From positions 2,666,001-2,730,000 of the forward strand of contig JAQOWU010000008.1 of assembly GCA_030867685.1 (NCBI GenBank): 64,000 bases of DNA, read 5' to 3'. Below are positions 21,462 to 30,950 of the stretch, piece by piece. The notes under the pieces were generated by a model. The model saw only the letters and a program-made list of their open reading frames with translations. It made no database searches and had not been told where the DNA came from. Every line of letters begins with the position of its first letter. Position 1 is the stretch's first letter. This DNA comes from Wickerhamiella versatilis (lineage: Eukaryota). The position numbers and the translations under genes are program-made.

Positions 21462-22886
21462 CTACAATATAAATATAAATACAATGCACAAAAGCGTTAA
21501 TTTCAAGGAGGGATGTGCAAAGACCCCACTATTATCGTCATATACTGCCCCAGGATAACTGCAAGTAACATCCCCGTCATCTCCCATGACACCGTAGGAG
21601 CTATTTATGAGGTCTTGAGTTGGACAAGTGAAGCCTAGTGATAATGGGCAAGTTCGCACCAGCCCGTAACACAAGCTTCGACAAGGAAGTATCTCTTTAT
21701 ATCGACCAGGCTTAATCAATCGATTAATCTCGGGGTTTCGAGATTTTCCAACCTCACGGGGTGCCAAATATGATGCATTATTTTCCCAGTCAGCACATCG
21801 GGGTATTGTGATAGCACATAGCCATTGACGATAGCTATAGTCACAGTCTATACAAGTGGAAAACATCGAGTAACGGTCATCTTGAGGTACATCACAAGAA
21901 ATCTGCTGTAGGGATTTGCTGAAGTTTGAATACCGCTCTTTTGCCATATTATCGTACAGATTTGAGAGTTCTGGTACTGAGAACGTCGAAGCGTTACCTG
22001 GGACGGCAAACGCCATCTGGTCACAAAAAGTCATGTTATACAAAACTTGGCAACTCTCGCTCGTTTTCGATGAGAAATCCACATGTCGAAAGCTGGCACC
22101 ACCGATCGCACCATTAAAAGGACTTTTTAGTCCCAGGTATGCCTCGTAGCGTGTACTGCGATTAAGGCCTTTCAAAAAGAATTGCCCACGGGTGGTTTGA
22201 TTGGAAGCTCCTCTATTTGTATCACTCAAATCAGCATTTGCTTGGTTTAGCAAAGAATTCTGCTGAAGTGCACAATAGCTTCGATTGAGGTGACGTACCG
22301 GATTGTTTCCTTTATCAAACACGAACAGGGAAAGAAGTGTTGAATTCATTTCATCTTTTTCATACTCCTTAATTCCCGCGTACGTTGTATTTTCTATGGA
22401 TTCTTGTAAGTCATCATACGTAGAAGACACAAAAAGGGCATTGCGGAAGTCCGAATCTACAAGGTAAAGATTTGGTGTTTTAAGGTGCCAGCTTGACGAA
22501 TAAGCCATACCAACTTGATAACTCCAGATTGTTCCGTTTTTAGGGGCGTCTATCCTTATTGCTCCATCGTCCTCTCCATAGGCCACCTCAGTCAACCCAC
22601 GTTCTGTTGTCTCATTGAAACGGCGAGTAGACAACCTAAGGGGTAAGGCTTCAGCTGGCTCCCGATGACATTCACTTAAGGACAAATGTTGCTGTATTCC
22701 AAATAAATCAAACTTTGGCATATAGTAATGCGTTTCTCCAGCTTTTATTTGGGCAGCGATCCCATCTACAGGCAGAGCGGTAGTTTCAGGATCATCACGG
22801 CGTACTATTCCCGTAGGTGCTAGGGGGTCAGTAACGTTCGCAGCTTCATTCAAGCCCAAATAGAGTAGTAGCCATCTCCATCTCAT
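21462..22886 (-). CDS. MID1: Stretch-activated Ca2+ channel subunit Mid1
   Basis: Signal peptide, LVDSDF..ALF, Cys-rich C-terminus (CDQMAFAVP, C.DC..SYRQWLC...IPRC, YKEILPC) and a hydrophobic end. Confidence 0.9.
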   Translation of the reverse strand: MRWRWLLLYLGLNEAANVTDPLAPTGIVRRDDPETTALPVDGIAAQIKAGETHYYMPKFDLFGIQQHLSLSECHREPAEALPLRLSTRRFNETTERGLTEVAYGEDDGAIRIDAPKNGTIWSYQVGMAYSSSWHLKTPNLYLVDSDFRNALFVSSTYDDLQESIENTTYAGIKEYEKDEMNSTLLSLFVFDKGNNPVRHLNRSYCALQQNSLLNQANADLSDTNRGASNQTTRGQFFLKGLNRSTRYEAYLGLKSPFNGAIGGASFRHVDFSSKTSESCQVLYNMTFCDQMAFAVPGNASTFSVPELSNLYDNMAKERYSNFSKSLQQISCDVPQDDRYSMFSTCIDCDYSYRQWLCAITIPRCADWENNASYLAPREVGKSRNPEINRLIKPGRYKEILPCRSLCYGLVRTCPLSLGFTCPTQDLINSSYGVMGDDGDVTCSYPGAVYDDNSGVFAHPSLKLTLLCIVFIFIL

Positions 22887-23041
22887 CTGACCACTATATG
22901 TAAGCGGCTATGTTAGAGATCTATTTTGGGTTCTGGCCAAGCGCTAATCGTCAAGATACTGAGACTAAAGCCTATTTTTTCCACTATCTAGGGTATTCAG
23001 TTTCACAATTTCCCAGAAGTTCAGATCGAATTGAACAGATC

Positions 23042-23066
23042 ATGAGATGAGATGAGATGAGATGAG
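23042..23066. repeat. Pentanucleotide microsatellite (ATGAG)5
   Basis: atgagatgagatgagatgagatgag in the MID1/RFC3 intergenic region. Confidence 0.85.
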
Positions 23067-23211
23067 AATGCATTCACATTTCTAAAGCATAGACTAGAAA
23101 TATTAATTTATATTATTTAAATAGAAAAAAAAACCAATTTAGAATTCCCTAAAATAATCGCTTTTGTTATGTCTCCTTTTATCCTTCTATTAAGTCGCGG
23201 TACTCGCCACG

Positions 23212-23217
23212 ACGCGT
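23212..23217. promoter_or_regulatory. MCB element ACGCGT upstream of RFC3
   Basis: Exact MluI box 5 bp before the ATG of a DNA replication gene. Confidence 0.5.
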
Positions 23218-23222
23218 AATCA

Positions 23223-24191
23223 ATGGACTCTCTTCCATGGGTTGAGAAGTATCGACCGACACGACTAGGCGACGTAAGTGGTCAAGATGGGGTTGTTGCA
23301 ACTGTGCGACAATTTGTTAATCTTCGACAACTTCCACACTTGCTGTTCTATGGACCGCCAGGTACGGGAAAAACCTCGACCATCGTGGCAATCGCACGAG
23401 AGATTTTTGGTGATAGCTATAAAAATATGGTGCTGGAGCTGAATGCAAGTGATGATAGAGGCATCGATGTTGTACGGGACCAAATCAAGATGTTTTCTTC
23501 GACACGTCAGATCTTCGCCAAGCAAGGCTCGTTCAAGCTGGTTATTCTCGATGAAGCCGACTCCATGACGAATGTGGCTCAGAATGCACTTCGGCGTATT
23601 ATTGAAAAGTATTCAGCGCACACAAGATTTTGTATACTGGCAAATTATGTGCATAAACTGAATCCTGCCCTGGTGTCGCGATGTACTCGGTTTCGATTCT
23701 CGCCAATATCTCAAGATGCGATAAAGTCCAGAATTCAGCATGTCATTGAAGGTGAGCACGTTAATATTTCTGATGATGGATTGAAAGCTTTAATGGAGTT
23801 GAGCCAGGGTGATATGCGCAAGGCACTTAATGTGCTCCAAGCATGCTATTTCCGCAAACAGGGCGAAGATAGCTCAATTAAGGCTGCGGATATATATGAT
23901 TGTGTTGGTAGTCCAGACCCCAATGACATCGAAACAATCGGCAAATCACTTCTTCGGGATGATTGGCCGTTATGCATGGATACAATATTCAGTCTCAAAC
24001 TGCGAAAGGGATATGCTTTGGCTGATATCTTGTCTGGTGTAGGACAGCTTTTCATGGATGTCGACATATCCCCCTCCACGCGTAAAAACGCACTAAGCGG
24101 ACTCGCGGAAATTGAATATCGCCTGGCTAATGGAGGCTCAGAAAAACTACAGACTTCAGCAATGATTGGTGCAGTGAAACAATCTTTGTAA
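23223..24191 (+). CDS. RFC3: Replication factor C small subunit
   Basis: LPWVEKYRP, PHLLFYGPPGTGKTST, ELNASDDRGIDVVR, ILDEAD and SRCTRFRF. Confidence 0.95.
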   Translation: MDSLPWVEKYRPTRLGDVSGQDGVVATVRQFVNLRQLPHLLFYGPPGTGKTSTIVAIAREIFGDSYKNMVLELNASDDRGIDVVRDQIKMFSSTRQIFAKQGSFKLVILDEADSMTNVAQNALRRIIEKYSAHTRFCILANYVHKLNPALVSRCTRFRFSPISQDAIKSRIQHVIEGEHVNISDDGLKALMELSQGDMRKALNVLQACYFRKQGEDSSIKAADIYDCVGSPDPNDIETIGKSLLRDDWPLCMDTIFSLKLRKGYALADILSGVGQLFMDVDISPSTRKNALSGLAEIEYRLANGGSEKLQTSAMIGAVKQSL

Positions 24192-24339
24192 AGAGAATAA
24201 TACATAAAAGATCACCATCCACCCCCTCATCTCCTCTAACGCAAAAAATCCCAATTAAATTGTCGGCTGTTTAGAATAAGAGATGCTGAATATGTATTTT
24301 AGAATTCTACATATTACGATACGGCAGCTAAATAAATAT

Positions 24340-25143
24340 CTACGTTGGTAAAGTACAGCGCCACGAGTATTTAAGCCCCTCCTGGGCGGCCCACTCGACC
24401 CCGATTCGGTATAGCAGGCAGGCAGCTTCTTGGGGATCTGAATTTACATGCAATGGAAGTACCGCCTTATCACTGCTTAACTTGGGTGGGTCACTGAGTT
24501 GCGCTTTTGTCCAATGGCCAAGGTGATATTTTTCTTGTAGAATGTGCAAAGGAAGCAATGTGATTCCTCTGCGAAAATTAGATACAGCGGACCACAAATG
24601 GTCAACACTTGTACGATTATGCGACGCAACACGAATCTCAACTATTGCACTCACTTGATATATTAGTCCAATCAGGTCAACCTCCAGGGAGCCAAGATAA
24701 GATGCTGTTTTCCTGAGATATGGTAAAAGGGTATTCCATGAGCGTGCATGTAGTGGTTGAGACATATAGTGCTCACCCTTTTCCTCCCATAGGAAAGCTA
24801 ATATAAAGCACGCAATGGCATCGAGCGACTGAAGGGCTGCGAGCCGATGCAAATTATCCCGTGCTGCCTTGTCGGCAGCATGTTTTGTCTCCCGTGCACG
24901 TTCATTCCAAAATTTCACTCGACGATGTGCCATCTTGTAGCTAGCCGCATCTCCTTGTGGAAGTTTGAGAGTGACAAGAAATCGACGGCTTTCGGCGGGT
25001 TCACAGTAGTCGGGTGGAAGCGATGGACTTAAGGGTTCACTCGGAAGATCTAACTCACTAGCAGGATCCCAATCGCTCGGCAGGGTAGGACTGAGAATAG
25101 GCGGCAGCTCCAGTTCGACCAGTGAACCAGCATGCTGCCGCAT
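24340..25143 (-). CDS. Ebp1/AF4-like C-terminal domain protein (putative elongation factor partner)
   Basis: N-terminal LPPILSPTLP/LSPSLP motifs and a helical domain (AR.TKH.AD; SLDAIACFILAF; SWNTLLPY) resembling fission yeast Ebp1 and the AFF C-terminal homology domain. Confidence 0.55.
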   Translation of the reverse strand: MRQHAGSLVELELPPILSPTLPSDWDPASELDLPSEPLSPSLPPDYCEPAESRRFLVTLKLPQGDAASYKMAHRRVKFWNERARETKHAADKAARDNLHRLAALQSLDAIACFILAFLWEEKGEHYMSQPLHARSWNTLLPYLRKTASYLGSLEVDLIGLIYQVSAIVEIRVASHNRTSVDHLWSAVSNFRRGITLLPLHILQEKYHLGHWTKAQLSDPPKLSSDKAVLPLHVNSDPQEAACLLYRIGVEWAAQEGLKYSWRCTLPT

Positions 25144-25171
25144 TATGACGTCAGCTCAACTTGCAAGAAAT

Positions 25172-25591
25172 ATGATCAAGTACGTTAAAGGCGACCTATT
25201 CAATGCTAATTCAGGAGTACTTGCCCATGCATGCAACTGTTATGGCGTCTGGGGAGGTGGGATTGCCGTGGCGTTTCGCAAAAAGTTCCCGGCAGCCTAT
25301 GAGGCTTACCATCAGCATTGCGCTCTAAGATCCCCCCAACAGCTGTTGGGTACGTGCTATTTGATTCCCGATGGAAAGTTCAAGATCGCCTGTCTCTTCA
25401 CCTCGGACAATTCAAGCGTAGATGAAACAGTTGCATACACAAAATCTGCTATGGAGGACCTGATACGACAGGCACCAGATGAGCCCATCTCAATGCCAAA
25501 GATCAACGCTGGAATTTTTGCGGTACCCTGGGAGAAAACCGAGTCTGCGCTGGTGCAATTAGATTATCCTATTAATGTTTATGTTCTATAA
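25172..25591 (+). CDS. POA1: Macro-domain ADP-ribose-1''-phosphate phosphatase
   Basis: [33 protein letters not shown] and [13 protein letters not shown]. Alternative in-frame ATG at 25145. Confidence 0.9.
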   Translation: MIKYVKGDLFNANSGVLAHACNCYGVWGGGIAVAFRKKFPAAYEAYHQHCALRSPQQLLGTCYLIPDGKFKIACLFTSDNSSVDETVAYTKSAMEDLIRQAPDEPISMPKINAGIFAVPWEKTESALVQLDYPINVYVL

Positions 25592-26771
25592 AATCAACCG
25601 ACCCAACGTATGAGAATCCTTGAAAGAGATGATTTTCAGCAGGATTCCGGGTGGGCGGGCTCAATATCATTTTGGTAAAATCATCGCTGAAGTTTTCCGC
25701 CAATTCCGGATCTGTGACCAAGGGCTTGATGGGCGGATCGAGGGTCTCAGATTTCGTTTCAATCGCCTTCCAATTCAGCTTACGGAAAAAACGATGCTTC
25801 TGAATATACTGTATATCACGAAACCCCAGCCGTTTGTGAGCTTCTTTGCGCAGTAGTTTCCGCAATATATCTTTTGCATCCTCACTCAGGTAATACGGCA
25901 AGTTCACCTTCTGACGCGTGATCTTTTCCATGATCCGCTTATTATTATTTCCAGTGAAAGGCGGACTTCCCGTAAGCATGTCAAATAATACAGCGCCTAG
26001 AGCCCACCAGTCCACGGCATAGTCATATTCCTTGCCAAGAAGAACTTCGGGGGCCATATATTCAGGCGTACCAAGTAGAGATTTACAGCTACTGCCATCC
26101 TCTGCAACCTTGGATAGCCCAAAGTCTGTCAGTAATAAGTTTCCATCGGCGTCGAGCAAGCAATTCTCGGGCTTCAGGTCTCGATACACTATGCCGGACT
26201 TATGAAGGTGCGTTAGCGCACTCACTATTTGTGCGGTGTAAAATGCCGCAATATCCTCATCGAACATACGCTCGGAGGCAAGGTGGGTAAATAATTCGCC
26301 CCCTGGAGCATACTGTAATATTAGGTAGAGCTTTTCAGGATCCTGGACCGCGTAGTGCAACCGGACGATGTACGGATGCCGAATGGCCTCCAGGATCTGA
26401 CGCTCAGACATAGTTTGCTCCAAGCGCCTTGATTCCATCACCAGGGTCGCTTTTTTCAGCTGCTTCTGGGCATATAGCCGCTTGCTCGTTTTATCCCGAA
26501 CAAGCAGCACCTTACCATATGCACCAGTGCCAAGCACTTTCAATTGCTCAAAATCTTCGGGAACACGCCCGCGCTTTTTATGTTTTACAAGGTCCTCAAC
26601 ACCCAGCACTAAACTGTGGCCAGCTCGATGCCCTCGCGGAATAGAGGTTCCTGGACTGGGTACATCGTTATCGGGCATCGGAGGCACCGCATCTAACAAT
26701 GCAGGTGCAATCTCAGCAGAACCCTGCGACTGGGTCCGCGTCGGGACGCCCTCCAGGTCGAAAATATCCAT
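25572..26771 (-). CDS. YPK3: AGC-family S6 kinase-like Ser/Thr kinase (Ypk3/Psk1)
   Basis: [43 protein letters not shown] and hydrophobic motif FQGFSY. First ATG at 26771. Confidence 0.88.
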   Translation of the reverse strand: MDIFDLEGVPTRTQSQGSAEIAPALLDAVPPMPDNDVPSPGTSIPRGHRAGHSLVLGVEDLVKHKKRGRVPEDFEQLKVLGTGAYGKVLLVRDKTSKRLYAQKQLKKATLVMESRRLEQTMSERQILEAIRHPYIVRLHYAVQDPEKLYLILQYAPGGELFTHLASERMFDEDIAAFYTAQIVSALTHLHKSGIVYRDLKPENCLLDADGNLLLTDFGLSKVAEDGSSCKSLLGTPEYMAPEVLLGKEYDYAVDWWALGAVLFDMLTGSPPFTGNNNKRIMEKITRQKVNLPYYLSEDAKDILRKLLRKEAHKRLGFRDIQYIQKHRFFRKLNWKAIETKSETLDPPIKPLVTDPELAENFSDDFTKMILSPPTRNPAENHLFQGFSYVGSVDFIEHKH

Positions 26772-27258
26772 TCGGCCTGACGTCCACACCCACACCAGCA
26801 CGTGTAAGCAGAGAGAATATGAGATTGGAAGAATTGCCTCTAAGTGCAAGATACCTCTCAGCAGGGAGCTATATGATTTCCTATAAATAAATTTCTTTTT
26901 ATAAAATAAACCTGCACGCTTAAAGTCTTCTTGAAACTTCCGAATTGGATGGTGAGGTGATATGAGTAAGAGTCAGGAGAGCAAAAGGCACTTTATTAAG
27001 GAAAACACTAGCGTGTGCCGCCCGTCCCACCAAAACCAAACCAGAGAAACTTAATTTGCGATAGTTTTTATTCCAATTTTTGAAAATGAAACATATAATT
27101 TTAAATTTTATAGTTTTTTTCCCGATTTCTTTTTGTTCGAGCACATCTCATCACCAACCGTCACATTCATCCATCACGGGAATCGACATAACCGGGTACT
27201 TTCTGGGGACAATTAACTGGGAAGGTAATTTTACTAGTAAGATAAATAATAAGTTAAA

Positions 27259-27573
27259 CTATTTGGTGCCGAAACCGTAGAGGGTTCGGCCATTGCGTTT
27301 GAGGGCATAAACGACGTCGAGGACCGTAACTGTCTTACGCTTCGCGTACTCAGTGTAGGTGTACGCATCTCTGATGACCTTGTGAAGGAATCCACGCAGA
27401 ACAATACGGGTGTGCTCGTAGATGAGGGCTGAAATACGCTTGACACCTCCACGACGAGCCAGACGGCGAATAGCGGGCTTGGTTACACCTTGGATGTTGT
27501 CACGCAAGACCTTGCGGTGGCGCTTGGCGCCTCCCTTTCCGAGTCCTTTACCGCCTTTTCCACGTCCAGACAT
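27259..27573 (-). CDS. Histone H4, divergent (variant-like)
   Basis: Canonical N-tail [20 protein letters not shown], but many histone-fold substitutions and a C-terminal GFGTK. No neighbouring H3. Confidence 0.95.
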
Positions 27574-27659
27574 ACTTGTTTCCAGTTAAAACGAAAGAAT
27601 GTGGGTGGTGTGGCGGTCTTTATACCTGCCGCGAGGCTTCCTTCATCACAGGTCAGTGG

Positions 27660-28577
27660 TTAGGGACCAGTAGTATAGGGTAAGGAAATACCACCCATAC
27701 CCGGTCGACTCTCGTTAATCACGTGGATAGGACCGTTAGGTGTGGTGAATACAGCGGCTACCATTGAACTGGCCCCCTTTAAGACCCAATCCACTTGGAT
27801 ACCTGTGTCATATGACTCTGCTCGAATAACACCAAAGTAGGGATCTCTTTGCATTTGTATGTGTGATTGCATTTTGCCCGCGAGTTCCGCCAAATCCTCA
27901 CTAACAGCTCCCTCACGCGCTAGCTGAAATGCAGCTATGTCTTCCCCAAACCCGGAGCAAAGGCAGGCAGTCTTTTCTGTGGCAAAAAGTGCTGCTCCAT
28001 ATTGAGCTGCAGGCCCGATACGACCAGGGTCCTTTAGCAGAGCACCGCCGCTGCTGCTAGCAACTGCGACTTCGCCTTCCTGCATCACAAAAACACCAAT
28101 TGTGTCCCCTCTATATCTTTCGAATCTACGACGGGTTGACTCTGTTTTCAGATCCCGGGAAGTCAAGCCCGCCTGTGCGGCATAAGCCTGAGCGCCGTTG
28201 CCCGCCAAAAAAGTTGGCGTTGCTGTCCTCGAGGGTTGCCCCTGTCTTTGCAGCATCAATTCACAAACTTTGATTGGATTCGCCACGTGAGGGACCGCAC
28301 CTACGGCGGCATGGCCTAGCCGGCTGTTTTTTATTGAGGCCAAACAGGCGTCACACTCGACCTCTCCAGTGAGATTGAGCTCGCTTCCAAGACCGCAATT
28401 TGTGAGCGGACTATCCTCCAAGGCCACCGCCAGACGAACGGCAATTTCCTCTGCCGATAAGCCTGGTTCAAGATCAGATGTAATCCCCAAGACATCAACA
28501 GCTAGGCGACTGAGTCTATTGACAGCATGTGCCGGTAGAATTTCACCAGCACCTAGAAGCACTCCGACTACTGTCAC
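27660..28577 (-). CDS. Taspase-1/type-2 asparaginase family Ntn hydrolase; putative GTG start
   Basis: VLLGAG, LEDSPLTNCGLGSELNLTGEVECDA, GAVP.VANPI, cleavage site GD|TIG, SSGG..LK.PGRIGPAA and SGFGED. No in-frame ATG precedes these motifs. Confidence 0.8.
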   Translation of the reverse strand: MTVVGVLLGAGEILPAHAVNRLSRLAVDVLGITSDLEPGLSAEEIAVRLAVALEDSPLTNCGLGSELNLTGEVECDACLASIKNSRLGHAAVGAVPHVANPIKVCELMLQRQGQPSRTATPTFLAGNGAQAYAAQAGLTSRDLKTESTRRRFERYRGDTIGVFVMQEGEVAVASSSGGALLKDPGRIGPAAQYGAALFATEKTACLCSGFGEDIAAFQLAREGAVSEDLAELAGKMQSHIQMQRDPYFGVIRAESYDTGIQVDWVLKGASSMVAAVFTTPNGPIHVINESRPGMGGISLPYTTGP

Positions 28578-28942
28578 TTTGAACTTTTCGATCAAACCCT
28601 AGCCCAAAGCATATCACCAGCTTTTAGTCAAGCTGCCTATCTTGCAAGCCATATTCGTGCACATGCATCCGCACACGCATACTAAAAAAATGGATTGACC
28701 ATTGGTTTGGTGGTAATTTCCAGAACTAGCTACCGGTTTCTCGCATATTGGAGCTGGGGCCAAGCTATTTACTTAGTCATTGGAAACTTCGTTTTTCTGG
28801 GGTGTGCATGGTGCTGCGCATCGTTCTAGAAGAAATAGAAAAAAATATATCCTTTCCATACAAATCGCACCAGGCTCACTGGCTATTGAACTTTGTGATA
28901 ACACTTAGATGAAGCTTACTCAGTCAGGTTAACTTCAGCAAA

Positions 28943-30136
28943 ATGGATGCCCGTGCTCGGATGGAAGCATGGGTTGAACGTTGCTGCCGGTCACCTGGAG
29001 TTAACGAGCAAACGCTTACTATGGTGAGATATAAGGTCGCCATGGCGTTGCAATTCCCTCATATACTCAATAATACGAACTGGGAGAAGGAAGCAGTACC
29101 ACGACCCCAATCCTTCGATACCACTAATAATTCTAAGAACGCTAGAGGTGGACAGGCTGCAGCAAATTACAAGAAAAAACCTCAAAAAAATTATAGTAGC
29201 GAAACCGGCGATATTGGGCTATCCCATCAATCGCTAGAAAAACCCACTCAAAACCAACTGGAAAAGCGCCGGGCACGGTTTAGCCAGCCAGCACCCAAGC
29301 GTCCTACCACAGTTAAGCGCACTACTGATGGACATATACTGGGATACTGCCAGGATCTCGAAAAAGAATATCTCCGTCTCACCTCTGCCCCGGATCCTGC
29401 ACGGGTGCGGCCTCCAGATGTGCTAGAAAAATCTCTCGACTACGTTCTTGGAGTGTTCAAAAAGAATCATAAGTACTCGTACATCATAGACCAGCTTGCG
29501 TCAATTCGTCAAGACCTCAAGGTCCAAGGGGTGCAAACGCCGTTCAGTGTGCGGGTCTACGAGACAAATGCACGGATTTCCATTGAACATGATGACATCA
29601 ATGAATTCCACAAGTGCGAACGAGAACTCAATGAGACTCTATACCCTACAATTGGCTGGGAAAAGTGCCCGAATGCCGGCGAGTTTAGAGCTTACACTAT
29701 TTACTACCTGTTATACGTACAGCATTGGGACGAACTTAACACGGAGGTGTATAAGGTACGCCGTGAACAGCATCTGTTGAAATCAAAAGACATCCAACGT
29801 GCCCTCAGTTTGGTCGACTCTAAGGTTGGCGGGGATATCATGAATCTCCTTCAGCTAGTGTGCACTGCACCGCGGCATTCGCAGATGCTGCTTAAGAACT
29901 TCTTATTGCGCGAGAGAATTAGCCTGCTCAATGATATAGTTTCGTGTCTGCGAGGACCAAGTGGTGTGTCCGTATCCACAATAGCTAAAGCTATGAACTT
30001 GAAAGATGCAAAAAAGTTTTTGGACACACTAGGGGTCAAATATAGTCATGGGGAGCTTACAAGCAAGGCACTCCCCCATATTCAACGAAAATTGCGCGAG
30101 TTTTCGGGCCCTGTAGATTTAAAAGGGCAAATATAG
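28943..30136 (+). CDS. THP3: SAC3/GANP/THP3 family PCI protein
   Basis: RRARF, GYCQDLEKEYLRLTSAPDPARVRP, IRQDLKVQ, VYETNARI and C-terminal VDLKGQI. Confidence 0.88.
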   Translation: MDARARMEAWVERCCRSPGVNEQTLTMVRYKVAMALQFPHILNNTNWEKEAVPRPQSFDTTNNSKNARGGQAAANYKKKPQKNYSSETGDIGLSHQSLEKPTQNQLEKRRARFSQPAPKRPTTVKRTTDGHILGYCQDLEKEYLRLTSAPDPARVRPPDVLEKSLDYVLGVFKKNHKYSYIIDQLASIRQDLKVQGVQTPFSVRVYETNARISIEHDDINEFHKCERELNETLYPTIGWEKCPNAGEFRAYTIYYLLYVQHWDELNTEVYKVRREQHLLKSKDIQRALSLVDSKVGGDIMNLLQLVCTAPRHSQMLLKNFLLRERISLLNDIVSCLRGPSGVSVSTIAKAMNLKDAKKFLDTLGVKYSHGELTSKALPHIQRKLREFSGPVDLKGQI

Positions 30137-30153
30137 ATATTAGATATGAATGC

Positions 30154-30837
30154 CTACGACTGATCAACAAGCGCTATTATTGAGAAGTTCCCATCCTTCT
30201 CGCGATGCATAAACTCCTTGATAACTTCTATGGCCTGTGCATTGAGCACGTCACCATCAGAACCAACAGAACCCCTGACGATAGGACCTTTCCGTCTTCC
30301 ATCAAGCTCTACAAGTTCGGATGAATTCCTGGCTTTTGTCAGGCACACATAGTGGAAGTCTATATCGGCGTTTGCCGGTGGGGCCTCCGTAGTACCACCG
30401 GATGCCACCGACGCGTGCTGAGAGGCCAATTTTTCGCTACCCTCAATATATCTGACCCTATCCTCTTTAGACAGGTCGGGTAAATCGCGATCAAACTCTG
30501 CCAATAGGCCGTGGCCTTTGGCCTCACTGGGGATACCATTCAATGCCGCATGGAGCAACGCCATCGTACCACATGCATTGTCAATTGTCTGTTTTAGCCA
30601 GATAGAACTTTGAGCCTCGTCTGCACCGTGGTGCTCGTCACTGCTTGCCCGATATGCCTCATAAGCAGGTGTTATGGGGAATACAAGGAGTAGGGCGCGA
30701 ACAGGTCGAGGCACGAAACTAAGCATCTCATCGTCTAATGACCAGATGTCAATGAATTCCTCCCCTGTGACACCAAGTTTAACCAAGAGTTCGTTAAATA
30801 CATCAGGGTTACACTCCAGAGGCACGAAGGCTGGCAT
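30154..30837 (-). CDS. YUH1: Ubiquitin C-terminal hydrolase (UCH-L3 type)
   Basis: FVPLECNP, KQTIDNACGT (catalytic Cys), FHYV (His) and ELDGR (Asp). Confidence 0.95.
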   Translation of the reverse strand: MPAFVPLECNPDVFNELLVKLGVTGEEFIDIWSLDDEMLSFVPRPVRALLLVFPITPAYEAYRASSDEHHGADEAQSSIWLKQTIDNACGTMALLHAALNGIPSEAKGHGLLAEFDRDLPDLSKEDRVRYIEGSEKLASQHASVASGGTTEAPPANADIDFHYVCLTKARNSSELVELDGRRKGPIVRGSVGSDGDVLNAQAIEVIKEFMHREKDGNFSIIALVDQS

Positions 30838-30950
30838 AACGTAATATGAATGAAATGTACTGGACTGCTAATTTGTTTACATGAATGATGATATATAGGG
30901 AAGGGGGTGTAAAATACAATAATGACTGTTATGAGGTAAGTGAAAATAAA

